A stretch of DNA of 64,000 bases. It comes from Magallana gigas (lineage: Eukaryota). Position numbers and translations under genes: made by a program. The notes beneath the pieces are model-generated. The model was not told the DNA's origin. It did no database searches and saw only the letters and a list, made by a program, of their open reading frames with translations. Below are positions 42,001 through 51,900 of this stretch, in pieces. How positions within the stretch are numbered: the first letter of the stretch is position 1; every line of letters begins with the position of its first letter. The stretch is from positions 14,136,001 to 14,200,000 of the forward strand of contig NC_088860.1 of assembly GCF_963853765.1 (NCBI RefSeq). The letters run 5' to 3'.

Positions 42001-43030
42001 GAGCATCTCCCGTGTCAATATGGTGACTAACTAAACTTGTTTCTCCCAGATCATTATCATCTTTGGCGAATACATCTTGGTACTTTCTAAACATCCTTGT
42101 AAGTCTCTCATTCTGTTCCTTGGACATACCTTCCTTGTCTATATCTATATCCGTTAAAAGATCAGGATCGTTTCTTTCCTTTGATTCTAATATTTCATTC
42201 ACTGGATAACTGTCACGAATTTCATCTACTTCACAAAAACTCCCGATGTTCACCTTCTTATGTAGAATTACAGGCTTAGTTGACGAATTTACAACGGAAA
42301 TAGCCATCTGGTCACTGGCTTTTGTTAACACTCTTGCTGGCATTATGTTATACTTTTCAATGAACTCAATCTTCGGCTCCACAATTCCCAATTTTCCATG
42401 AAATTCCGAACTAACTCTTGCAACACACATTACTTGAGATCTTGCAGGTATTTCTATCTTTTCCATCAAATGTACGGAACACCTTATATCTTGACTGTCA
42501 CTCCAAAACTTCACATAATGTCCATTCCAGTTCACAGAACCATCCTTCATATCAAGAATTGCACCCACTTTCTTCCTAACATCAGTTCCTATAATCACAT
42601 CATAGCACAAATTCCTTGCAACAAACACATTATGTTTAAACAGTTCACCGTTCACTTCAATTTCACACTCCACTATTCCTTCAACATTAATTGCCTGTCC
42701 AGTTGCTGATACAATTCGTTTATCTGTTGACGTTAATTTAGTTCTGAGGTCAGGACCAATAAATCTTTCACTTATCAAAGAAACAACTGCTCCAGTATCC
42801 AACATTAAAATTGCATCAATTCCAAATATTTTCCCTTGAATTTGAATCCCCTGATAGTCACTTTTTACAAGTGAAGTTATTTTTCCAATGTTTTTGACAT
42901 TTTCCTCCATTTTTACTTTTAATTTTGATTCTTCATTGTCTTTTTCTGATGAACTTTTATCAGAGGTATTTCTTCCTTTTCCACCATTGACCACCTTACC
43001 CTCTTCTAAGGGGGTCTGTTTTAGTTTAAA
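39071..43030 (-). CDS. pol: Gypsy Pol (protease, reverse transcriptase, RNase H, integrase, chromodomain-like tail), expressed by -1 frameshift from gag
   Basis: Uninterrupted frame 39071-43087. Motifs: protease LDTGA; RT YIDDII; RNase H TDASDQG..EKEALAV..TDH; integrase HDDHTAGH..CKSCVNC, DVLGP..SDRGRNF..VEKFN; a GPY/F-like WNGPHRV; terminal YFVKYKN..SAWVDSSLVPGDLLEEF. Confidence 0.95.
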   Translation of the reverse strand, partial: FKLKQTPLEEGKVVNGGKGRNTSDKSSSEKDNEESKLKVKMEENVKNIGKITSLVKSDYQGIQIQGKIFGIDAILMLDTGAVVSLISERFIGPDLRTKLTSTDKRIVSATGQAINVEGIVECEIEVNGELFKHNVFVARNLCYDVIIGTDVRKKVGAILDMKDGSVNWNGHYVKFWSDSQDIRCSVHLMEKIEIPARSQVMCVARVSSEFHGKLGIVEPKIEFIEKYNIMPARVLTKASDQMAISVVNSSTKPVILHKKVNIGSFCEVDEIRDSYPVNEILESKERNDPDLLTDIDIDKEGMSKEQNERLTRMFRKYQDVFAKDDNDLGETSLVSHHIDTGDAHPIKQRPYSIPFAQKEEVRKQIKSMLEKEVIRPSSSPWGSPVVLVKKADGSYRFCIDYRKLNTVTRKDVYPLPRIDEMLEVFQKAKYFSVMDVLTGYWNVPVREEDKEKTAFVTSEGLYEFNCLPFGLCNGPGTFQRLMDLVLSGIQWKMALAYIDDIIVFSETFDEHIERIEEVFTRLRGANLKLKKKKCSFFKTEVEFLGHIVTSGGVKADPKKVEAVRKFPRPTSVKFLRAFLGLASYYRKFIPNFAKIADPLNKLLHKETLFAWNEKCEEAFQKLKELMTKAPVLCFPDFEKPFKLCTDASDQGLGVVLSQDTDVGERPIAYASRSLKKSELNYPVIEKEALAVVWGIGIFRQYLLGHKFTVITDHNPLRWLMGIKNPSGRLARWALAIQEYDVEIQYKPGKKHGNADGLSRSGKETQSIMTLEELPEKLQTKNISEMQMKDPKLRDIMNYLKCNELPTDEERAKRVMASVSFYEMVDDVLYHIWAPDAKGKRKEVRRRLVIPRTLIDEVLTWCHDDHTAGHLAFHKTYYKIRERFFWEGMYRDIDFWCKSCVNCASRKTPKGRKRAPMLPIPVDGPFDRVAVDVLGPLPPSLKGNRYIVVFSDYLTRWVEAFAISNADAKTTAKLFVEEIICRHSAPRTLLSDRGRNFTSSLMKEVCEIVNTKKIFTTAYHPQCDGLVEKFNETLATMLSMFVNDHQRDWDVYIPYVLFAYRTSLQETIQETPFYLVYGRDARLPIDVALSEPTRLYTDVDDYKSVIIQRLNEAFTLVKNNIELAQQKQKQHQDKNAREPDFSIGDRVWIYLPVTKPGLTSKLIHPWNGPHRVIEKTSPVNFKVESCDNKKKQQIIHANRMKIFVDPEDLPPNLQYCEDQCADEDNSLDENEVCHQEEGNRTNDEIEEDPVNESNDEIVEVCDKLWSRNKKGRAEAKYFVKYKNDEKESAWVDSSLVPGDLLEEFERNYKGRGAAYRQRRN
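42989..43030 (-). promoter_or_regulatory. -1 programmed ribosomal frameshift signal (slippery heptamer plus stem-loop)
   Basis: U UUA AAC in the gag frame (43024-43030), a 7-nt spacer, then GACCCCCUUA-GAAGAGGG-UAAGGUGGUC (10-bp stem with 1 mismatch). Pol is in the -1 frame. Confidence 0.82.
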
Positions 43031-43926
43031 CCAGTACGTTGAGGAGCTCTTGTGAATTTTCTTGTAGTGCTTGGTGCAAATTGACAATCTCTAGCAAGGT
43101 GATTGGGTCGTCCGCAAACATAACAACTCCGGGTCTGACGATTCCTTATCTGATTACTGTTTTGTGGTTGAACATTTCGGGTATATGGTAAGCGTTTCAT
43201 ATTCGTGTTGTTTAGACCATCCAGTTTCTCTGCAATCTTGTCAAGCTTCCCTGTCATCTTCTCAAAGGAATCCATTAATATTTTCATCTCGCTCGCCACT
43301 ACGTTAACTTTGGAAGGTTCTGGCTGACTGCTGGTGATTAATTGCTCATTACATTCTTCTCTTTTTGCTATCCTAAAAGCCTGTTCAAAACTCTGGGGGT
43401 CGGCCATCATAACATATCTTCTTAACTCGGGACGTAAGCCTTGTAAGAAATGTTCCATGACAAGCCTGTCATGCTCATCTAAAGAAACCCCTCCATGTGC
43501 ACGTCTAGCTAACTTCAGAATAGAGCTTCCATAATCTTCAACATTTTCTCTAGGTAATTGTTTCCTTTGGAATAGCTCGGTGTAATACATTCTTTGTAAC
43601 TCTTTAGGAAAAAATCTCTCCTTCATACGATCAACCAACCTATCGAAATCTTCTTGAATATCTTGATCCAAATCTTCATAAAAATCAGCTGCACGGCCTC
43701 TCAAATATGCAGGTAGCAATTCAACTTTTCTGTCTGGTCCCCATCTATTAGCTCGACCTATCCTTTCAAAAGTTTTAATCCAGTTCTCAAAATCTTCGCC
43801 AACATCTCCATAGAATTTAGAAGGAGTTACATTTGATTTTGTTTCCGTTGCTTCTCTCATAGTTACCATCCTTGGAGACGGTGATGGTATTGGTGATAAG
43901 CTTCTTTGTCTTCCTTTTCTTCCCAT
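43021..43926 (-). CDS. gag: Gypsy Gag, 301 aa
   Basis: Capsid-like motifs (PSKFYGD..FENWIKTFERI..NRW, FLQGLRPELR) and a CCHC knuckle CYVCGRPNHLARDC. Confidence 0.93.
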   Translation of the reverse strand: MGRKGRQRSLSPIPSPSPRMVTMREATETKSNVTPSKFYGDVGEDFENWIKTFERIGRANRWGPDRKVELLPAYLRGRAADFYEDLDQDIQEDFDRLVDRMKERFFPKELQRMYYTELFQRKQLPRENVEDYGSSILKLARRAHGGVSLDEHDRLVMEHFLQGLRPELRRYVMMADPQSFEQAFRIAKREECNEQLITSSQPEPSKVNVVASEMKILMDSFEKMTGKLDKIAEKLDGLNNTNMKRLPYTRNVQPQNSNQIRNRQTRSCYVCGRPNHLARDCQFAPSTTRKFTRAPQRTGLN

Positions 43927-44013
43927 TTTTATGATAACAAATTAGGTCCAAAATGAACGTTAATTTTTTTCCATATCCTGATTCCTAATTAATCCCACAG
44001 AATCAGAATAAGG

Positions 44014-44031
44014 ATCCCACTTCTGACACCA
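44014..44031 (-). other. Primer-binding site complementary to the tRNA-Leu 3' end
   Basis: Minus strand reads TGGTGTCAGAAGTGGGAT, 4 nt inside the 5' LTR. It is complementary to ATCCCACTTCTGACACCA, which I recognise as the 3' end of metazoan tRNA-Leu(CAA). Confidence 0.85.
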
Positions 44032-44035
44032 AAAA

Positions 44036-44538
44036 TGTCACGGAGGTGACCGGCAATTCTTTATATCTACACATATTTGAAAGTCGGCTTGAAACTATTT
44101 ACAAGTTTATTCACATCACCAAAGAAAAGTCACATTACATATTATGTTTAATCCATGTGCACCTCTGAATCTCCAACTCTATTCCTTACTCTATTCTACA
44201 CCCATCTCCCTAATCTCTAAAGCTCATCATATATATACTATTAGGCTCCAATTGATGATTATCTTAAATCATTAGCTCCAATCTATTAATTAATAAGCTC
44301 CATTTCTACATTTATCTCTATAAAATTCTAATCATCTTGTCTGAACTTTAACTTGACCTTGGCTCCCAATTCTACTTACAATAGCTCCCATAGCTCCAAT
44401 AATTAAAAGCCCATAAAACTTGACCACTCTAGACATTAATCCATTCTTAATTACCCAAACACAGCTTGATCTGTCTGTACAGCGTATTACTCTATATAAA
44501 TCACTATTAACAAATACACTAAAATTTACCCCTCATCA
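44036..44538 (-). repeat. 5' LTR of the Gypsy element
   Basis: Direct repeat of 37152-37654; no differences found by eye. Confidence 0.96.
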
Positions 44539-45696
44539 CGTCGAAAACTATGCCCAAACATTTTTTTAACACAGTTAATATCTGCTATTCAAAACAACAA
44601 CTGTGTTTGAGAGAAGATGCTGGAAATTTTTCATGTGACGGAACATGTGAAGGTAATAAATAATTGTGCAATTCAAAATGAAAAAAATAAATAAATTGTG
44701 ATTTAAAATAGTATATGTCACGGCCAGCCTTTCTTTGATTTGTGTATGTGGAAAGGGGGGGGGCTTACATAAAGTCACGCAACAGAGAGTTTCCGAAACG
44801 CCTCTTTTCAAAGTTTCCACCAATCAAAAACTCTTCAGTGTTGGAGAAAATGAAAAATTCTTCACCACGAAGACTGCATTCTTAGCGAGAATTTGATTGG
44901 CTGAATAACTGAGTTATGTTCTAATTATTATTGGTCTGAAGTGTCCTGTTTCGGGTCACATTTACCACATCTTTCCTTAACGTCGGCTAGTATTACTTTG
45001 ATGTCACTGAATTCCGTAGATATATATTCTCCTTTGTGCTACTGAGTCTTCTTGAGATGTTCATTAATGTCATTGTATTTTATTACAATGTTGCCTAATA
45101 ATTGATTTAGTAAATAAATTGTCTGTCAGAATATTTTTTTTTTAAATTTACATGTATCAATTTCACTGTACTCATGAGGGGGTTTTCACTATTAATTTTT
45201 TTTGTATCTGTTTGCACCCCATTGCTTTCTCGAGTTGTTTTTTATTAGTCTTCTTTGGTTCAGCATGGACATGTTTGTTGACGAGAAAGTTCATTCCCTG
45301 AATTTGAATGGTTCCTGCCATTGATTTGCACCCCAGTGAAGTTTCCACTTTCTGCTACATCGTAGAATTTGGCGTCAAATTCTTCAGAATTCTTCAGAAA
45401 TGTAGGGGTGAATCATGTTTCGTTCAACTCAAAATAGCGCAATCTAGGCATCCTTCACATACAGATAGGGTTTGATTTGTTCAAAGTAAGCTTTTTTTGG
45501 CCTTAGCACAGGTTACTGGCCGTGAGCTTGCCAGTATATAGTTCTCTAGATAATTATTGGTAGCTTAAGCATGACAATTTTTAAAAATATATATATTTTT
45601 TAGTATATTTTCGAAGAGCATGGTCTGACGGAGATAATTCGGGTTACAGGGTAATGAAGTTGTTGAATTTCTGGATTTGGGCTGACTGTCGATATA

Positions 45697-46742
45697 CGAG
45701 GGTTGTTCGGAAATTATTGAGACATTTTCTCTTATTTTTTTTAGTAAAAAAGATAAACTCTTGAAATTTCACCAAAACGTAAATCAGGATAGAGATTATC
45801 AATGTGAAAAGTTTCTTGTCCATGGCATGAATAGATCATTCCTGGTAAGCTGACCAACGTGCCTTCGTCCGGTGACCCGGCGCAACTGCAAACTTTTCGC
45901 AACGTCATTTTAACGCTTTTTATTGCTCCTGTGTTTTAAACACCTTACAAACGAATGGAAATAAGAATTATTCTTTATTTCTCATCTTTTGTTTTCATTT
46001 CAAGTTGTCATCATTTGCATTTTCTCTCATTCTTGTTTTTTTAGAAAAAGAATCGAGTTATTTTTACCCGAAAGTCGAATTACTGTGAATGTCTCTTGTG
46101 GTCATTTTTTATATATTTTAGAACTGTTGACAACAGTTAGTGTGTCAAAAGTACTTGATAATTAATCCCTTTGGCCTTATTCTAGTTAAACAATCAGTAA
46201 AAAAAAATGTAATGAACTGAAGCTCTATACCTTGTCTTGTCATTGTATAGTTTTTTAAGAAATTGCGTGGCCTTAAAGGGTCTTGTTCTGAGATTTCCAC
46301 CAGTTTGACAGTTTTCAATGCGCCGCCTTGACGTCAAAATTCAATGTAAAGTCGTTGTCAGATTTCTATTGTTTGGTAAATATATGTGTACCATATCCGT
46401 ATTTCAACTCGAACATCAGTGAAACTAAATCGAAAGTTAGTCGCAAAGAATAGCAAAATGAAGATATTTAATTTGATTTCTTTTATCATTAACTGTAATT
46501 CTACGGACACTTATAAAGTAGACGTTTAAGTTGTTAAATCTCCGAGTTCATGGCTGCGCCGGGTACCCCGACCACCGACTTATTTATCTACCGTCGCAAA
46601 CAAAATATCAAATATTCTTTTAATATTACTTTGTTTTATTATTTGTTGGCGTTTCTTCAGTGTCTATGCCAATTTTCACCAAAATTCGTCAATTAGAAAA
46701 GAAAATACTCGAGTTGTCTCAATAATTTCCGAACAACCCTCG
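45697..46742. mobile_element. Mariner-like non-autonomous element
   Basis: About 30-bp perfect TIRs, CGAGGGTTGTTCGGAAATTATTGAGACA and its reverse complement, flanked by TA; no transposase ORF. Confidence 0.85.
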
Positions 46743-48855
46743 TACATACCTATTTTACGTGGATAGAGAGCACGTCCTACTCAACAACAAGTGTTTCATG
46801 AAAAAATAAACAAGGCTGTTTTAGAATTAAAGCGTTTTCCCATACCATCGGGTTCGGTATCAGAACGGTATATCTCATTTAAAAAGTATAACATTTAAAA
46901 GACTTCCCAAATATACAATTGTGCATTTTGAAAATTCTTTTAAAAGTAAAATGTATAGCTTTCCCCCTTGTATTTCAAGCTGATGTCTTGCAGGTCAGTA
47001 GCTGATCTCCTAACCTATTGTTTTTGTTGTTCCACATTGAGATAGTGAAAAAATACATGAAGTGCATGAAATAATTATTTTGAAAGAAAATCAAGATATG
47101 GAAGTGCCCGATACCATCTTAACTGATAACAATGTACAATGTACAATGTAGTTGGTTATTTTGTATCTTTATGAAAATATTAAAATTGAACAATACACAA
47201 ATATAAGTGAGATATTCATTTAATCTTCTTTTGTATCTTTTTACGATACGTTTTAGATAACTACAATTTTTATCTTTAAGCAGTCTATAACTTAAGATGT
47301 TTTGACAAATCGAAAGTCAACCTGTGTTCATTGTGTTTAGTAATATGTCTGAAGTTTGCTTTGTTTACAATAGATGCGTAGCATGTGGGTTTAAAAACCC
47401 AATCGGGGGACTAGACTAAACAATTCCTTTTTCGGAACGTCCCCACTATACATTTGATTTGGTTTTTTGTGTTCTCATAATGAAATTGTTTTTATTAACT
47501 TTGAATATTTCTTACTTTGAAAGGAGATTTTGCTGGTGTACATAGGCGAAAGTCTACAACTGGTTCGTATGAACATTTTTTTTATAATGTAATAACCGAA
47601 AAAAAACCCAATATCAACAACAACAACAAAAATATTATGGACCATGCAGTTTTAAAAAGATTTTAGAACCATTTTAATGAGGCCTTGGACTTTCAGTAGG
47701 ATGAAACTATCTATTTCTTGCATCAAAACAATTTAAAATGACGCTGACGAAGTACAAGCGAAATATACACCGATTGCGTAGTCTTCGTTCAAAAGCCAGA
47801 CAAATCATGTTAATTTCAAAGAGCCATGACTGAGTGGCCAGCAATGAAATAGACAGGCATACGTCACATTGCCGATTGACACAGCACCCAAAGTCCAAGC
47901 TCTTGTTAAAATGATTCTAAAATAAATGTAACTAAACATTGACCCGTGCGCGCATTGGGTTGACATTGCATATGATATCGGAAATTTACAAAATAGAAAC
48001 ATTGACACACCGTATCGTTGACATTTACATAACCAAGCTTTAAGCCTACAATAATGCTTTTAATTTCACAACACTCTGATTAGTTAGAATTATCTGTGTC
48101 TCGGGACAGGCCTTCACCACAGTTAAAATGCCTCCCATACCCCGGTATACCCGTAATGTAGCAAAAAATTGCAGAATTGCTCCGAAACGATTTTGGAGAA
48201 AAGTAATGAAGCTGCATTACACTCAAATTATTCATAACAAACCATTTTGAGGCTGTAAATAGTTTTCATCTAAAAATTTAATACAGATTAATGAAGAATT
48301 AACATTTTTTCACCAACGTTTTCCACTCGCTTCAAAAAATTCAGATTGTTTTCCTTGTTTAGTAAACAAAGCCCAAGTCTTGTTTTGGTTTACATAAGTG
48401 CAGCTGGATATTGGTAAAAATGTCATTAGAAACTTTTTTTCTGTTAATAAAGATATCTGTGAACTCAATGAAATAATTTTTCTATTGTATGTCGAATATT
48501 ATTTTGTCTTTCTTAATAGTTTTGTATATTGTTAAAAAGCTAAGGCATTAATTATTCGGGGATGTTAATATTATGTAATATTCAGATATATTTTATCAAC
48601 TGAAAGTTTTATAAGTAGGTACATATATTTTTACAATAATGTATGTATATCCGTGTGTCGTAAATTGCCTAAACAGTTCTTGGAGCGCTGTCAAAGAGAG
48701 CTGTCATATCTGTCAAACAATAAATTAAAAATATGTAAATTTTATGCCCAATATCCTAGTAATATTGACGGTACTACATTATATAAAGAAAATGAATTAA
48801 TGTTTTTGGAATGATAATTATTGATACCATATCAAGTCAAGCTCTACAGAACAAG

Positions 48856-48857
<2 letters not shown>

Positions 48858-48902
<45 letters not shown>
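48858..48902. repeat. (GA)n microsatellite beside the Ly6-like exon donor
   Basis: Direct reading. Confidence 0.95.
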
Positions 48903-48905
<3 letters not shown>

Positions 48906-48909
48906 GTAC

Positions 48910-51900
48910 TTTTTTTAAGTGTAAAACAGTCAGCGGCATTGCATCTATATCCTTTACAGCAAGCATCACAGATGTTTATTCCGTGGTCTCCATGGATGAT
49001 TCTTCCTGATCTTTGAATGATTGAGTTAGTGTTGTCATTGTCAAGCATAGCTTTACAGACCTGTGGAGAAATGCGTTAATACTACTACCTGTGTGAAATG
49101 AACAAGTAAAATTGAAAAAGAGAAAAACCATTTGATAAGAAATAATGATCTGTAGAAATTGTCTTAGACAGTAATACCCGCAACAAGTGTTTGCCCCTAA
49201 ATAACATCTGTTTTGTACCAGTTATAGTAAAAATGAAGGCCATTTCTGGTAATTTTCAAAAATTATAATTTTCATAAAGGATGATATCCCATCCCATAAT
49301 ACATTATTCTTTTTTGGGCAAAGGGAGATCACTTATTTAGATAGTGAAATTAAGTAATACATGTACTTACTATATAGTAGCTTTTCTCCCATAGTAGGGT
49401 TCCCCCCCCCCCCACGGGTTTATATTTTTGGTTCAAATTCTATATTAAAACAATTATTGAAACTAGTAAGGATTTAAAAATCAATGTTTTTAACCCTCAG
49501 TTTGCATGTACCTGCTTTCATCTATACAGGTTAAGTTTTGGTATACCGATTTATTATTTTTTAGACAATTCTGAAAATTGAACAAATGTATCATGGCATA
49601 CATAGAATTTATTTAGGTAATTATCTGATAAATCAAATGATTTGACAAGATATACGTACAACCAAATGCTTCCCAGCGACAATCCCAATGACTTGATTAA
49701 TTGTTTAATTTATTAATTCGAAATAACTAAAGTCTCTTTCTCTTTGAATTTATCTTAAAATTGACGAATTGCAATTTTTTTACCTTTTTGATTTTGTAAA
49801 AAGAAATAAGTAAACAAATATAATGCATACGTTCAAATGTTTCTCGGAGATGGTTCAATATAATAAAAAAAACTTTATACTCTATTCAAAACATTTTTTA
49901 AAACTTTATCTCTGAAGGAAAGAATTCATTTAAACCATTATTTAACATTCTGTGTTTTCCACGAAACTGAAAACTTGAAACTTCACGTATTAAGGACCTT
50001 TTATAGTATATATTTCATAGGAAATGTTCTTGTATGTATTCTAGTCTTTATATACATTGTAATACATTGACATATAGTTTCAAGTGATGGTATATATCTG
50101 AGAATTTTATTTGTTGAAAAAAAAGAATACCTTTCTGAGTATATGAAATGAAATAAGTTGTATAGTTTGAAATACATTCCACAATCTAAAATTTCATTTG
50201 AAATAGAACCCCATCAAGCGAAGTACACAAATTCAGTTTTTCAATAAACCTTTGCACACAGTCTCCCGTTAGATAATTATTTAAAAGTAAAGATACTATT
50301 ATATGATTACAATTAAGATCGTCAATTCTAAAGGTATTAACTTTAAATCAATAGCCTTTGGAGACAAAGGGGGTAATAAATTTACACTCCTTAATCCCTC
50401 TGCAAAATGTATTCAAGATGTATCAGTTATTTTCTTTGATTGGAACTTATTACATTTGAAATAATACATGCCAAAATCTGTATCACATCCTTTATCACCC
50501 TAAACTCCAATATCAGCTGGGGGAACGAAGGCCATGGGGCTGTTATTGGCTGAGAGTTGATTCGAGTGTGATCCAGATTTTGCCAAGTGATGTTGTTTTT
50601 AATATCATATTTTTAATAAACAACTCGTTTATATTTTGATATGAAAAACATTATTCAGCTTTATCCTAGTTCTCCCATCTCAAAACCGGTGCATTTTTGA
50701 CGCTCAAACGTATTGTGACGTCCTTTAAAAAAACACCTCCATGTTATAACGCCATAGTCTACAAAAGTGTTCCAAAAAATCATAACAAAGGGTAAAATAA
50801 AGGGTGGTGATAAGAAATGTGATAAACGCGTGCCTTTGTTCATATCATTGATGAAAAAAAACATGTATTTTATACTATCAATTCATAAATGCATTTTACC
50901 CTAAATTTTGAGTAATCAATATCATCTCAGATATTGCAAACTATTGCCACGAACGGTCCGCCGTAAACATGCTGGAATGCAAAACAGGGGTTAATCGTCT
51001 TTAAAGTATGTATTCCGTGGTGGTAATCTTGTGATAAAAAGGGAAAAACAACTATATAGCCGACCTTCCGTAGGGGAAGTTCTACTATATAGTCATTTTT
51101 CCGAGGGGAAAAACTGCTACTCCCTGCTATTTCCAAGGGGGAAAAGGCACTTTGTAACACCGGTATGTACACCACGTGAAACCATCTAAACGACGATCTG
51201 GGCAAAACTAGTACCCGCTAATGCGACCTGTAGACCTGTGTTTGGTACGTAATTGCACACAAAGATCAGTTATTTTGATGTAGGCTATGCCACTTCTCAG
51301 CGTAGTGTATCATTATCTTTTCATATCTAACGAGGCCGGGTATAATTTGTTCTGCCCTTGATTTTTGAATGAAATTTTTTACATTAATTTCTACTGATAT
51401 AATTATTATTTTAAGATAAAAAGAACAAGACCTTTACAACAGCGTTTGTTTAAGGGGTCATCTCAAAGTTTTTTTTAACTTTTAACATAGGACCCTATGG
51501 GATTTGCTTGAAATGTATCGATTTTGTGCATTTTTTTTAATTTTTTTTTTTTTACATTTTTTTTAAACTTCTGCCCTAGGGATTTCTTTTTCTGTTCTAC
51601 ATATTAAAGTTATCGCTTAAAGGCATCAAATGGTAAAAAAAAACCCACTTTCACCTCCTGGTTTTTACATTGGTGTTATTAAAGTTGTTTTTTGTTAGCC
51701 TAATTTCCCAGATTTGTCAGATAATAGCTATTTTTTATTTGACAAAGGCGGGAATGGTGATCTTTATAGTATTATTAAAACATTCAGACATATTTAAGTA
51801 ATAAATAAATATATAACATCACATATTAAGGTTCATTAATGTAAAAAACATAGTTACTGTCTTGAAATATATGAATTAAGCTTTATTTAGGGGGGTTAAG

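Larger units (their letters stand above)
37152..44538 (-). mobile_element. Full-length Ty3/Gypsy LTR retrotransposon with gag, pol and an extra third ORF
   Basis: Two 503-bp LTRs with TG...CA ends; 4-bp target-site duplication CGTC at 37148-37151 and 44539-44542; primer-binding site, polypurine tract, and PR-RT-RH-IN domain order. Confidence 0.97.

Noticed and set aside
47707-48008. Cys-containing ORFs as the last exon of the Ly6-like gene
   Set aside because: No convincing in-phase acceptor giving a sensible continuation; the block looks like an interspersed repeat fragment.
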